This document shows, piece after piece, positions 15,678 to 24,268 of a stretch of 64,000 nt of DNA. The stretch covers positions 838 to 64,837 of the forward strand of contig JAQTPW010000004.1 in NCBI GenBank assembly GCA_028712565.1, given 5' to 3'. The DNA comes from Minisyncoccota bacterium (GTDB lineage Bacteria; Patescibacteriota; Minisyncoccia; Minisyncoccales; JAQTPW01). The notes under the pieces were generated by a model, which saw only the letters and a list, made by a program, of their open reading frames with translations, had not been told where the DNA came from and ran no database searches. Position numbers and translations under genes: made by a program. The first letter of the stretch is position 1, and every line of letters starts with the position of its first letter.

Positions 15678-18600
15678 ATGGAGATAAATTTTGTAAAAAA
15701 CGAGGAAAAAATATTGAAATTTTGGAGAGAAAACAAAATTTTTGAAAAGAGCATAGAAAAAAGAAAAAATGCCAAAAAATTTGTTTTCTTTGAGGGCCCC
15801 CCAACTGCGAATGGCAAACCCGGAATTCACCATGTTTTAAGCAGGGTTTTTAAAGATATTATTTGCAGATACAAAACAATGCAGGGTTTTAGAGTGGAAA
15901 GGAAAGCCGGTTGGGATACCCATGGACTTCCAGTTGAGTTGGAAATTGAAAAAAAACTTGGACTAAAAAATAAAAAAGATATTGAGGATTACGGAATCGC
16001 ACGTTTTAACAAAAAATGCAAAGAATCTGTCTGGGAATATCTGCAGGATTGGGAAAAATTAACCGAAAGAATTGGCTTTTGGCTGGATCTAAAAAACCCC
16101 TATATTACCTACGAAACAGATTATATTGAGACTGTTTGGTTTATTTTAAAAGAAATTTATAAAAAAGGTTTATTATCTCAAGATTACAAAGTTGTTCCTT
16201 ATTGCCCGCGATGCGGAACGACTCTTTCCAGCCACGAAGTTGCTCAGGGATACAAAAAAGTAAAAGGGCCATCAATATATATTAAATTTCAAATTTTAAA
16301 TCCAGAATTTAAAGATTCTTATTTGTTGGTTTGGACGACGACTCCCTGGACGCTTCCCGGGAATGTAGCAGTTGCCATAAACCCGGCCTATACCTATATA
16401 AAGGTAAAATTTAATAATGAGAATTTAATTTTGGTAAAAGATAGAATGGAAGCCTGCGGATTAAAAGATGCAGAAATTTTAAAAGAATTTAAAGGAAAAG
16501 ATTTGTTGGATTTGTATTATCAGGCTCCTTATCCGATAGATTCAAAGAAAGAAATGACAACTTATAGGGTTTTGCCCGCAGAATTTGTTTCCTTAGAAGA
16601 TGGTTCAGGTATGGTTCATATAGCTCCTGCTTTTGGCTTGGATGATATGGAATTAATAAAAAAAGAAAATGTAAAACTAAGAAAAGAAAAAGAGCCTGAA
16701 TTCCCAATTTTGCTGACAGTAAACGAAGAAGGAAAATTTAAATTTGAGGTAAAAAAATGGGCAGGAATGTTTGTAAAAGATGCAGATCCCTTGATAATTG
16801 CTGACTTAAGAGAGAGGAGCCTGCTTTATAAAGAAGAATTATATGAACACGATTATCCTTTCTGTTGGAGGTGCAAATCTCCTTTATTGTATTACGCAAA
16901 ACAGAGCTGGTTTATAAATATGCAGGCGAAAAAGCAGGATTTAATAAAAAATAACCAAAAAATAAATTGGGTGCCTGGCCATTTGAAAGAAGGAAGGTTT
17001 GGCGAATGGTTAAAAGAAGTAAAAGACTGGGCAATATCTAGAGAAAGATATTGGGGGACGCCTTTGCCGATTTGGAAATGCAAAACCTGTAATGCTTTGG
17101 AGGTTTTGGGGTCAAAAACAGATTTGGTATCCCAAAAATTCAGCAAAAATAGCTATTTTGTAATAAGGCATGGCGAATCCTATAAAAATAAAAAAGACGT
17201 TCTTTCTTGCTGGCCGGAAAAAACCCCTTTTAATTTAACTGAAAAAGGGAAGGTGCAAATTGCCACGGTTGCTAAAAAATTAAAAAACAAAAAAATTGAT
17301 TTAATATTTTCTTCTGACATTTTAAGGACAAAGCAAACCGCCGAGATTATCGCCAAAGATCTTAATTTGAAGGTGAAGTTAGACAAGAGGTTAAGAGAAA
17401 TTAATATTGGTATTTTAAATGGTAAAAAACAAAAAGATGCTTTTGATTTTTGGGGAAAATCCACCCTTTCTCCAATTGAATATACGCAAAAAAGATTCCA
17501 AGTAACTCCTCCTGAGGGAGAAAATTATGCGGATGTTGAAAAGAGGATGTTGAGTTTTATGAAAGAAATGGAAAATAAATACCAAGGGAAAAATATTTTA
17601 TTAGTCAGTCACCAACGTCCAATAACTCTACTAGAAAAAGTAATGGAGGGCTTCGATATTAAAAAATTTGCTGATATTCTAGTTAAGGATAAAGAGATAA
17701 AATTGGGAGAAATCAGAGAATTTGATTTTGCAAATCTTCCTTACGATGAAAAAATGGAATTTGATTTCCATAGGCCCTATATAGACGAAGTGAAATTTTA
17801 TTGTAAAAAATGCGGGGCCCAAATGGAAAGAGTTCCCGAAGTTCTTGACTGCTGGTTTGATTCAGGTTCTATGCCTTTTGCCCAGAATCATTGGCCCTTT
17901 GTGAAAAATCTCCGCCCAAGGCGGACCAGCCTCGGGCTGGAAAACTTAAGACCACCAGAATTGTTTCCAGCAGATTATATTTGTGAAGCAATTGATCAGA
18001 CAAGAGGATGGTTTTATACTTTGCTGGCAGTTTCCACCTTGTTGGATTTCGAGTCGCCTTATAAAAATGTAATTTCCGTAGGCCATGTTTTGGATGAAAA
18101 AGGAGAGAAAATGTCAAAATCAAAAGGCAATATAGTTGATCCTTGGTATATTATCGGGAAATATGGCATAGATGCAGCAAGATGGTATTTCTATACAATA
18201 AATCAGCCCGGAGAACCAAAACTTTTTTCAGAAAAAGATATTGATGGCGCCTTGAAAAAATTTATTTTGACATTTTGGAACTGCTACATATTTCTGAAAA
18301 CTTACGGAGAAAAAATCAGCCCAAAGGTGAATTTAAAAACAAAAAATGTTTTAGATAGATGGATTATTTCAAGACAAAATCAGCTGATTTTTGACGTAAC
18401 AAATGCTTTGGAAAAATACGATGTGACGGGGGCTAGCCGACTGATTGAAAAATTTGTCGTTGATGACCTCTCTCTTTGGTATGTAAGAAGATCTCGAAGG
18501 AGATTCCAAAGGCCAGAGACAAAAAACGAAGCAAAGATCGCTTCTGAAGTTTTGGGCCAAGTTATTTTTACTATAACTAAATTAATGGCGCCATTTTTGC

Positions 18601-19223
18601 CATTTTTGAGTGAAGAAATTTATCAAGAAACTTTAAATTTAGAAAGTGCTAATAATTCAGTACATTTTCAAGATTGGCCAAAGGCGAATAAAAAAATGCT
18701 TGATAAAAAAATAATGGAAGAGATGGAAGGGGTAAGGGAAATCGTAGCTCAGGCTTTGGCAGAGAGGGCAAGGGTCGGGATTAAAGTGAGACAGCCGCTG
18801 AGGCGATTAAAAATTTCCGCCCTGGGCGGATCCGCCTCGGGCGGAAAAAATAAGGAATTATTGGGTTTGATTCGCGACGAGGTTAACGTAAAAGAAGTAG
18901 TTTTTGATTCTAAAATTAAAACCAAAGTGGAGTTAGATACTGAAATTACACCGGAGTTAAAAGAAGAAGGGACAGTCAGAGAAATTATTCGCAACATCCA
19001 AGAATTGAGGAAAAAGGCGAATTTCAAGCCGAGTGATAGCATTTCAGTGAGATATTCCGGGAGTCCGGATTTAGAGGAGATTTTAAGCAAAAACGAAAAA
19101 ATTATTTTAAAAGAGGGAAAAATCAAGGATCTCCAGAAAAAAACACAAGACGAAAAATTTAACATCGAAGAAGAAATAACGGTCGATCAGCAAAAAATAA
19201 TAATATCAATCAAAAAAATTTAA
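15678..19223 (+). CDS. ileS: isoleucine--tRNA ligase carrying a nested histidine-phosphatase domain
   Basis: PPTANGKPGIHH (15822-15833), WTTTPWTLPGN, editing-domain blocks, KMSKS at 18108-18122, DQTRGWFY. At 1181 aa it is about 200 aa longer than expected because of the insert at 17.15-17.75 kb. Confidence 0.9.
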   Translation: MEINFVKNEEKILKFWRENKIFEKSIEKRKNAKKFVFFEGPPTANGKPGIHHVLSRVFKDIICRYKTMQGFRVERKAGWDTHGLPVELEIEKKLGLKNKKDIEDYGIARFNKKCKESVWEYLQDWEKLTERIGFWLDLKNPYITYETDYIETVWFILKEIYKKGLLSQDYKVVPYCPRCGTTLSSHEVAQGYKKVKGPSIYIKFQILNPEFKDSYLLVWTTTPWTLPGNVAVAINPAYTYIKVKFNNENLILVKDRMEACGLKDAEILKEFKGKDLLDLYYQAPYPIDSKKEMTTYRVLPAEFVSLEDGSGMVHIAPAFGLDDMELIKKENVKLRKEKEPEFPILLTVNEEGKFKFEVKKWAGMFVKDADPLIIADLRERSLLYKEELYEHDYPFCWRCKSPLLYYAKQSWFINMQAKKQDLIKNNQKINWVPGHLKEGRFGEWLKEVKDWAISRERYWGTPLPIWKCKTCNALEVLGSKTDLVSQKFSKNSYFVIRHGESYKNKKDVLSCWPEKTPFNLTEKGKVQIATVAKKLKNKKIDLIFSSDILRTKQTAEIIAKDLNLKVKLDKRLREINIGILNGKKQKDAFDFWGKSTLSPIEYTQKRFQVTPPEGENYADVEKRMLSFMKEMENKYQGKNILLVSHQRPITLLEKVMEGFDIKKFADILVKDKEIKLGEIREFDFANLPYDEKMEFDFHRPYIDEVKFYCKKCGAQMERVPEVLDCWFDSGSMPFAQNHWPFVKNLRPRRTSLGLENLRPPELFPADYICEAIDQTRGWFYTLLAVSTLLDFESPYKNVISVGHVLDEKGEKMSKSKGNIVDPWYIIGKYGIDAARWYFYTINQPGEPKLFSEKDIDGALKKFILTFWNCYIFLKTYGEKISPKVNLKTKNVLDRWIISRQNQLIFDVTNALEKYDVTGASRLIEKFVVDDLSLWYVRRSRRRFQRPETKNEAKIASEVLGQVIFTITKLMAPFLPFLSEEIYQETLNLESANNSVHFQDWPKANKKMLDKKIMEEMEGVREIVAQALAERARVGIKVRQPLRRLKISALGGSASGGKNKELLGLIRDEVNVKEVVFDSKIKTKVELDTEITPELKEEGTVREIIRNIQELRKKANFKPSDSISVRYSGSPDLEEILSKNEKIILKEGKIKDLQKKTQDEKFNIEEEITVDQQKIIISIKKI
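17151..17700 (+). other. histidine phosphatase superfamily (PGAM-like) domain embedded in-frame in ileS
   Basis: RHGES 17166-17180, SSDILRTKQTAE, REINIG, LLVSHQ (His codon 17610-17612). Flanked by the IleRS blocks PIWKCKTC... and FHRPYID... Confidence 0.7.
17912..17940 (+). repeat. GC-rich twin-hairpin element, in-frame in ileS
   Basis: CCGCC-CAA-GGCGG at 17912-17924 and CCAGCC-TCG-GGCTGG at 17926-17940. Encodes RPRRTSLGL in an otherwise AT-rich gene. Confidence 0.8.
18816..18845 (+). repeat. GC-rich twin-hairpin element (30 nt), in-frame in ileS
   Basis: TCCGCC-CTG-GGCGGA followed by TCCGCC-TCG-GGCGGA. Encodes SALGGSASGG. Confidence 0.85.
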
Positions 19224-19227
19224 AAAT

Positions 19228-19653
19228 ATGGGATTTTTCGATAATAAATCTGCTTCGTCTTCAAATTCGGGTTTTTCCCCAAAATATAGCCCAGCTTCAA
19301 GGCCGAATTTCCCCGCCCCAAAGCCGAATATTTCCAAAGAACCGCAGAATAAAAGCTTACCGTCATTGTCAAAAAGAGGAGAATTTGGAGTACGAGATCT
19401 AGATTGGTCGCTTCGTTCACAGAAAGACAAAATTTACCGAAAATATAATATTTCCGGGAAAGAAGTAGATGAATTTGCCAATAATCTGAAAAAATACGAT
19501 TTAGACAAACGCGGATATTTGAGCAAATATGAATCTTCAAAAATGGAAAAGCCGTTAAAGACAAAGTCAACTTGGTCGGGGAATACAAAAGAAGGAATAA
19601 AGAGCGGAAAATGGCTGAAAATTCTCAGCGATCCAGAAATTTTTAAGAAATAA
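19228..19653 (+). CDS. hypothetical protein with a low-complexity Ser/Pro-rich N-terminus
   Basis: ATG 5 nt after the ileS stop, 141 aa. No family recognised. Confidence 0.4.
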   Translation: MGFFDNKSASSSNSGFSPKYSPASRPNFPAPKPNISKEPQNKSLPSLSKRGEFGVRDLDWSLRSQKDKIYRKYNISGKEVDEFANNLKKYDLDKRGYLSKYESSKMEKPLKTKSTWSGNTKEGIKSGKWLKILSDPEIFKK

Positions 19654-19668
19654 TTCTACAAATTTTAA

Positions 19669-20388
19669 ATGTTCGTCCATTACAGAAGCCAAGGTTTTAT
19701 CTTCAAAAAAGAAGACCGGGGAGATGCAGATCAATTATTTTTAATTTACACTAAAGATTTCGGGAAAGTTGAGATTTTGGGAAAGGCGATCAGGAAGATT
19801 TCCTCAAAGTTAAGGGCGGGCGCTGAAATTTTTTATTTATCGGAAATAGAGTTTATCCAAGGAAAAACCAGCAAAACCTTAACCGATGCCATTCCTATTG
19901 CGAAATTTAAAAACATAAGAAAAGATTTAAAGAGTTTAAAAATTGCCTATCGGATTTCCGGGATTTTAGAAAGCTTGATAAAGGGGCAAGAAGTTGACGA
20001 AGAAATCTGGCATCTTTTGATAGAAGTCTTTAGGATATTAGATAGCTCTTCTTTTGAAGGCGAACTGCCTTACTATTATTTTTTGTGGAATTTTTTGGCA
20101 ATTTTGGGATATCAGCTTTCTTTATATGATTGCGTTCTTTGCCAGAAAAAAATAACTCCGGAAAAAATATATTTTAGTCCGAGAGAAGGGGGAGTTATTT
20201 GCCAAAATTGTTCCAAAAGAGTAAGGTCCTGTAAAGAAGTAAGCCAGGAAATCGTGAAAATGATAAGAATTATTTTGAAAAAAAATTGGAAGAGTTTGTC
20301 CCGAATAAAATTAACTCCTGATTATATGAATTTTTTGGAGAAAATCTCCCAAAATTATTTGTCATATGTTTTGGAAGCGTTTAAATGA
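19669..20388 (+). CDS. recO: DNA repair protein RecO
   Basis: N-terminal OB pattern (GFIFKKEDRGDADQLFLIYTKDFGKVEILGKAIRK) and a C-terminal CVLC...CQNC zinc motif. Confidence 0.8.
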   Translation: MFVHYRSQGFIFKKEDRGDADQLFLIYTKDFGKVEILGKAIRKISSKLRAGAEIFYLSEIEFIQGKTSKTLTDAIPIAKFKNIRKDLKSLKIAYRISGILESLIKGQEVDEEIWHLLIEVFRILDSSSFEGELPYYYFLWNFLAILGYQLSLYDCVLCQKKITPEKIYFSPREGGVICQNCSKRVRSCKEVSQEIVKMIRIILKKNWKSLSRIKLTPDYMNFLEKISQNYLSYVLEAFK

Positions 20389-22076
20389 ATGCTATATTAA
20401 ATAATATGCGTATCAGAAATTTTCGGAAAAATTTTTTTACAACAGTGCTTATTTTGACGACAATTGCAGGAATTTTGGGCTTTTGGTATTGGGAAAAAAA
20501 CAATTACTCAAAAGACAGCTTAAAATTAGAAATTTTAGGAAAGGATAACGCAAATTTTGCCGAAGATTTTGATTATATAGTCAAGTATAAAAATACCGGG
20601 GATGTTAGGCTTGAAGATGCAAAATTAATTTTTGAATACCCGAAAAATTCAATAGTGGAAGGAGGTAAGCCCTTGCGGCAGGAAATTCCATTGGAAGATA
20701 TTTATCCTCTCGCCGAAAACTCATTTACGTTTTCCGCAAAACTAATTGGTCAGGAAGGCCAGGCTCTGACGGCAAAAGCAATTTTAAGTTATAGGCCTAA
20801 AAACTTAAACGCCACTTTTAATAGCGAAACTACTTTTACAACCCAAATGAATTCAGTGCCTATAAATTTTGAATTTGATTTGCCTTCAAAAATTGAAATC
20901 GGGAAAAATTTGACTTTTAGAATAAATTATTTTTCAAACGTGGACTATCCGCTTTTGGGATTGAGAGTTACCGCAGAATATCCTTTAGGTTTTGAATTTA
21001 TCAGCTCAAAACCTTCTTCATTGGAAAATATAGAATGGGAGATTCCGCCCCTGAACCGGGCTGAAGGCGGCAGGATTGAAATTTCAGGAAAGATGCAAGG
21101 AGATGTCGGAGCTCAGGGCATCTTTAAGGCAAAAATTGGCATGTGGCAGGATGGAGAATTCATTTTATTAAAAGAAATCGCAAAAGGGATAGAGGTTATA
21201 AAACCGAGCTTGCTGATCACCCAAAAAATTAATGGAGTCCAAAATTACATTGCCAGCCCCGGAAATCTTCTTCATTACGAAATCTTTTTCAAAAATTTAG
21301 GCGAGAGCACAATATCAAATCTCAATTTAGTTGATACTTTAGACGGAGATATCTTTGATCTCCAAACATTAAATGCGCCCTTTGGAGATTTTACTTTGGG
21401 CGATAATTCCATTATTTGGGACTGGAGAAAAGTAAGCCAGCTTCAGTACTTAGACCCGCAGGAAGAAAGCAAGATTGAGTTTTGGATAAAATTAAAATCC
21501 GATCTGGAAATTCCAAATTTGAATGGGAATTTAGTTATTAAAAACAATGTTTATGTCTCTCCTATAAGGGAAGAGTTTACAACAAAAGTTAATTCAAAAT
21601 TAGAAATATCACAAAAAGGATTTTTCCAAGATACGATTTTCGGAAATTTAGGGCAAATACCTCCAAAAGCGGGCGAAATTACAACTTACACTATAAATTG
21701 GCAGGCAAAAAATTATTATAATTCAGTTAAGAATGCACGAGTAAAAGCAATTCTGCCGGGAAATGTTCAGCTGACAGGAAAAATTTCTCCGGATAATTCA
21801 AGGTTAACTTTTGATTCAGTTTCCCGGGAAATAGTTTGGGAGATTGGAGATTTGCAAGTAGGGCAGGGCGTTTTAAATCCAGCCCCTAGTGTTTCTTTCC
21901 AAATTGAGTTTAGGCCGGTTAGTTCTCAAATCGGCCAGGCTCCGGAAATTATTGGCGAGGCAAGAATGACTGGAGAAGACAGCTGGACAGGAGAAATAAT
22001 TTTGGCAAAAAGTTCAGGCATTAATACAACCTTGCCCGACGATCCAAGTATAAATCAGCAAGGAACTGTTAGATAA
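20385..22076 (+). CDS. membrane-anchored protein with DUF11-like repeat domains
   Basis: The start overlaps the recO stop (ATGA). One N-terminal TM helix, then repeated beta-rich modules (e.g. YEIFFKNLGESTISNLNLVDTL). Confidence 0.45.
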   Translation: MNAILNNMRIRNFRKNFFTTVLILTTIAGILGFWYWEKNNYSKDSLKLEILGKDNANFAEDFDYIVKYKNTGDVRLEDAKLIFEYPKNSIVEGGKPLRQEIPLEDIYPLAENSFTFSAKLIGQEGQALTAKAILSYRPKNLNATFNSETTFTTQMNSVPINFEFDLPSKIEIGKNLTFRINYFSNVDYPLLGLRVTAEYPLGFEFISSKPSSLENIEWEIPPLNRAEGGRIEISGKMQGDVGAQGIFKAKIGMWQDGEFILLKEIAKGIEVIKPSLLITQKINGVQNYIASPGNLLHYEIFFKNLGESTISNLNLVDTLDGDIFDLQTLNAPFGDFTLGDNSIIWDWRKVSQLQYLDPQEESKIEFWIKLKSDLEIPNLNGNLVIKNNVYVSPIREEFTTKVNSKLEISQKGFFQDTIFGNLGQIPPKAGEITTYTINWQAKNYYNSVKNARVKAILPGNVQLTGKISPDNSRLTFDSVSREIVWEIGDLQVGQGVLNPAPSVSFQIEFRPVSSQIGQAPEIIGEARMTGEDSWTGEIILAKSSGINTTLPDDPSINQQGTVR

Positions 22077-22107
22077 ATTATTTAAAAGCTATGGAAAATT
22101 TAATAGA

Positions 22108-22141
22108 GCCCCGAAGGAAAGTCTTCGACTTCCTACGGGGC
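22108..22141. repeat. GC-rich long hairpin (REP-like) in the intergenic spacer
   Basis: GCCCCG...CGGGGC outer stem with inner AGGAAAGTC/GACTTCCT stem. No T-run follows. Confidence 0.6.
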
Positions 22142-22154
22142 AAGAAAATTATTT

Positions 22155-23543
22155 ATGGAAGAAAATTTGCCAAAAAAACAATTTAATTTAATGGAGAAGA
22201 TTACCAGTCTTTGCAAAAGGCGGGGGTTTATTTTTCAAACTTCAGAGATTTACGGCGGAGTCGAGGCGCTTTGGGACTATGGACCCTTAGGCGCTCTTTT
22301 GAAAAATAATATAAAGCAAGAATGGTTAAAATCATTTGTTCAGGCAAGGGATGATATTGCCTTAATTGATACGCCAGTCATTATGCATCCTAAAACCTGG
22401 GAAGCATCGGGTCATCTTAAAAACTTTACCGATCCCCTGATTGAATGCAAGCATTGCCATGCCCGTTTCAGGGCCGACCATATGAAAGAAGGCAATTTTG
22501 TAGGCCAAGGCAGGGCAAAAGAAAAAAATCAATGCGTTCAGTGCGGCGAAAAGGAATTTACAGAAACAAAGCAATTCAATCTGATGTTTAAGACTTTTTT
22601 GGGGCCCATAGAAGATGAATCCCATATTGCATATTTGCGACCGGAAACAGCACAGGCTATGTTTGAAGATTTTGCCCAAGTTTTGGAAACAATGAGATTT
22701 AAAATTCCTTTCGGAATTGCCCAAATCGGCCATTCGTTTAGAAATGAAATAACTACCGGAAATTTTATCTTCAGATCAAGGGAATTTGAACAGGCAGAAA
22801 TTGAATATTTTGTAAAGCCAGGAGAAGATGAAAGGGCATTTGACGAATGGGTAGAAAGCTGGGAAAAATTTATTACTGGGCTCGGCGTAAAAAAAGAGAA
22901 TTTAAGAAGATACGAGCATAAAAAAGAAAATTTATCGCATTATTCCAAAAGAACAATCGATATAGAATATAAATTTCCATTTGGTTGGTCAGAATTAACA
23001 GGCATTGCAAATCGGACAAATTACGACCTTTCTCAGCATTCCAAGTTTTCAGGAAAAGCTCTCGTTTATTTTGACGAAGAAAAAAAAGAAAAGTATACGC
23101 CTTACGTAATTGAGCCGAGTTTGGGAATTGACCGCTTGGTTTTGGCAATTTTAATTGATGCTTATGAAGAAATAAAAGGAGGCAGGACGGAAACTACAAA
23201 ATCAACAAAAGGGGAAGAGGTGGTTCTGAAGATTTGCAAAAAAATATCTCCAATAAAGGTTGCGATATTGCCTTTGGTGAAGAACAAGCCCGATTTAGTA
23301 AATAAGGCAAAAGAAGTTTACAAATTAATAAAAAATAAATTTTATTGCCAGTATGATGAAGTAGGGTCAATTGGCAGGAGGTATAGAAGGCAGGATGAAA
23401 TCGGAACTCCTTATTGCGTAACCGTTGATTTTGAAACCTTGGAAAAAGAAGATGTGACAGTAAGAGATAGAGATACGATGAAGCAGGACAGGATAAAAAT
23501 AAATAATTTAATTGAATTCTTAAGCGGAAAATTAGATTTATGA
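22155..23543 (+). CDS. glyQS: glycine--tRNA ligase (dimeric GlyQS type)
   Basis: RRGFIFQTSEIYGG...WDYGPLGALLKNNIK, FRNEITTGNFIFRSREFEQAEIEYF, and the C-terminal anticodon-binding domain. Confidence 0.9.
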   Translation: MEENLPKKQFNLMEKITSLCKRRGFIFQTSEIYGGVEALWDYGPLGALLKNNIKQEWLKSFVQARDDIALIDTPVIMHPKTWEASGHLKNFTDPLIECKHCHARFRADHMKEGNFVGQGRAKEKNQCVQCGEKEFTETKQFNLMFKTFLGPIEDESHIAYLRPETAQAMFEDFAQVLETMRFKIPFGIAQIGHSFRNEITTGNFIFRSREFEQAEIEYFVKPGEDERAFDEWVESWEKFITGLGVKKENLRRYEHKKENLSHYSKRTIDIEYKFPFGWSELTGIANRTNYDLSQHSKFSGKALVYFDEEKKEKYTPYVIEPSLGIDRLVLAILIDAYEEIKGGRTETTKSTKGEEVVLKICKKISPIKVAILPLVKNKPDLVNKAKEVYKLIKNKFYCQYDEVGSIGRRYRRQDEIGTPYCVTVDFETLEKEDVTVRDRDTMKQDRIKINNLIEFLSGKLDL

Positions 23544-24268
23544 CTCAAATCCCGATTATAACGATCACGAGCAATGTTATACTTGTTTTCATTTTATTTG
23601 TGACGATCAAGATTTATTTATCTTGGCAAAAATCAAAGAGCAAAACAGTAGGTTATCTTTTAAAGGTTTTTCTTTCTTTCACAACGGCTTTGCTTGTTTT
23701 TGCACCTAACGGAATAATTATAAAAGACCCTCGGATTATAAATTTAATTTTTAACATCTACACCTTCTTTTTCTTCTTAGGATTAGGTTATTTTGTAATG
23801 CTCACCTTTGAAATTAATCACCGGCAGTTGTTAAAAAGAATAATTTTTCCCATAATTATAATTTATGGCTTACTGCTTTCAATTATTCCCTCTATCAATT
23901 TGAAACCAGCTTTAGTTGGGGTTCAAAAGCCATTTATATTTTGGGAGGATACGAGAGGGCCCCTGATAAATACTTTTATTGGGGCAGGCCTTGGAATTTT
24001 GTCGTTCTGGGTTATTTTTTTCTTTTTTAATAATGGAATAAAAGTTAAGGAAAAATACGTCAGGCAAAGGTCTTTTTTAATATCCGGCGGCGTGCTTTGT
24101 TTTTTGCTTTCCTCAATAACCGATTTTGTTTTCGGGGCAAACCCCAACATATTTTATATCAGTATTTACACAATGTTTTTTAATGCTTTAGCGATCGGGT
24201 TATTATTATTTGCTGTCGAGTATAAAAAAGAAGAAAAAATTTCCGATAAATATTTTGGCAATGTATAA
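23540..24268 (+). CDS. polytopic membrane protein (about 7 TM), hypothetical
   Basis: Overlaps the glyQS stop (ATGA). Strongly hydrophobic periodic pattern. Confidence 0.45.
   Translation: MTQIPIITITSNVILVFILFVTIKIYLSWQKSKSKTVGYLLKVFLSFTTALLVFAPNGIIIKDPRIINLIFNIYTFFFFLGLGYFVMLTFEINHRQLLKRIIFPIIIIYGLLLSIIPSINLKPALVGVQKPFIFWEDTRGPLINTFIGAGLGILSFWVIFFFFNNGIKVKEKYVRQRSFLISGGVLCFLLSSITDFVFGANPNIFYISIYTMFFNALAIGLLLFAVEYKKEEKISDKYFGNV

Noticed and set aside
20385-23543. Possibility of an alternative genetic code (UGA recoding, as in some CPR-related lineages)
   Set aside because: TGA terminates recO (20386-20388), glyQS (23541-23543) and metG (29244-29246) at the expected protein ends, and no conserved gene is interrupted by in-frame TGA. 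The standard code 11 fits.
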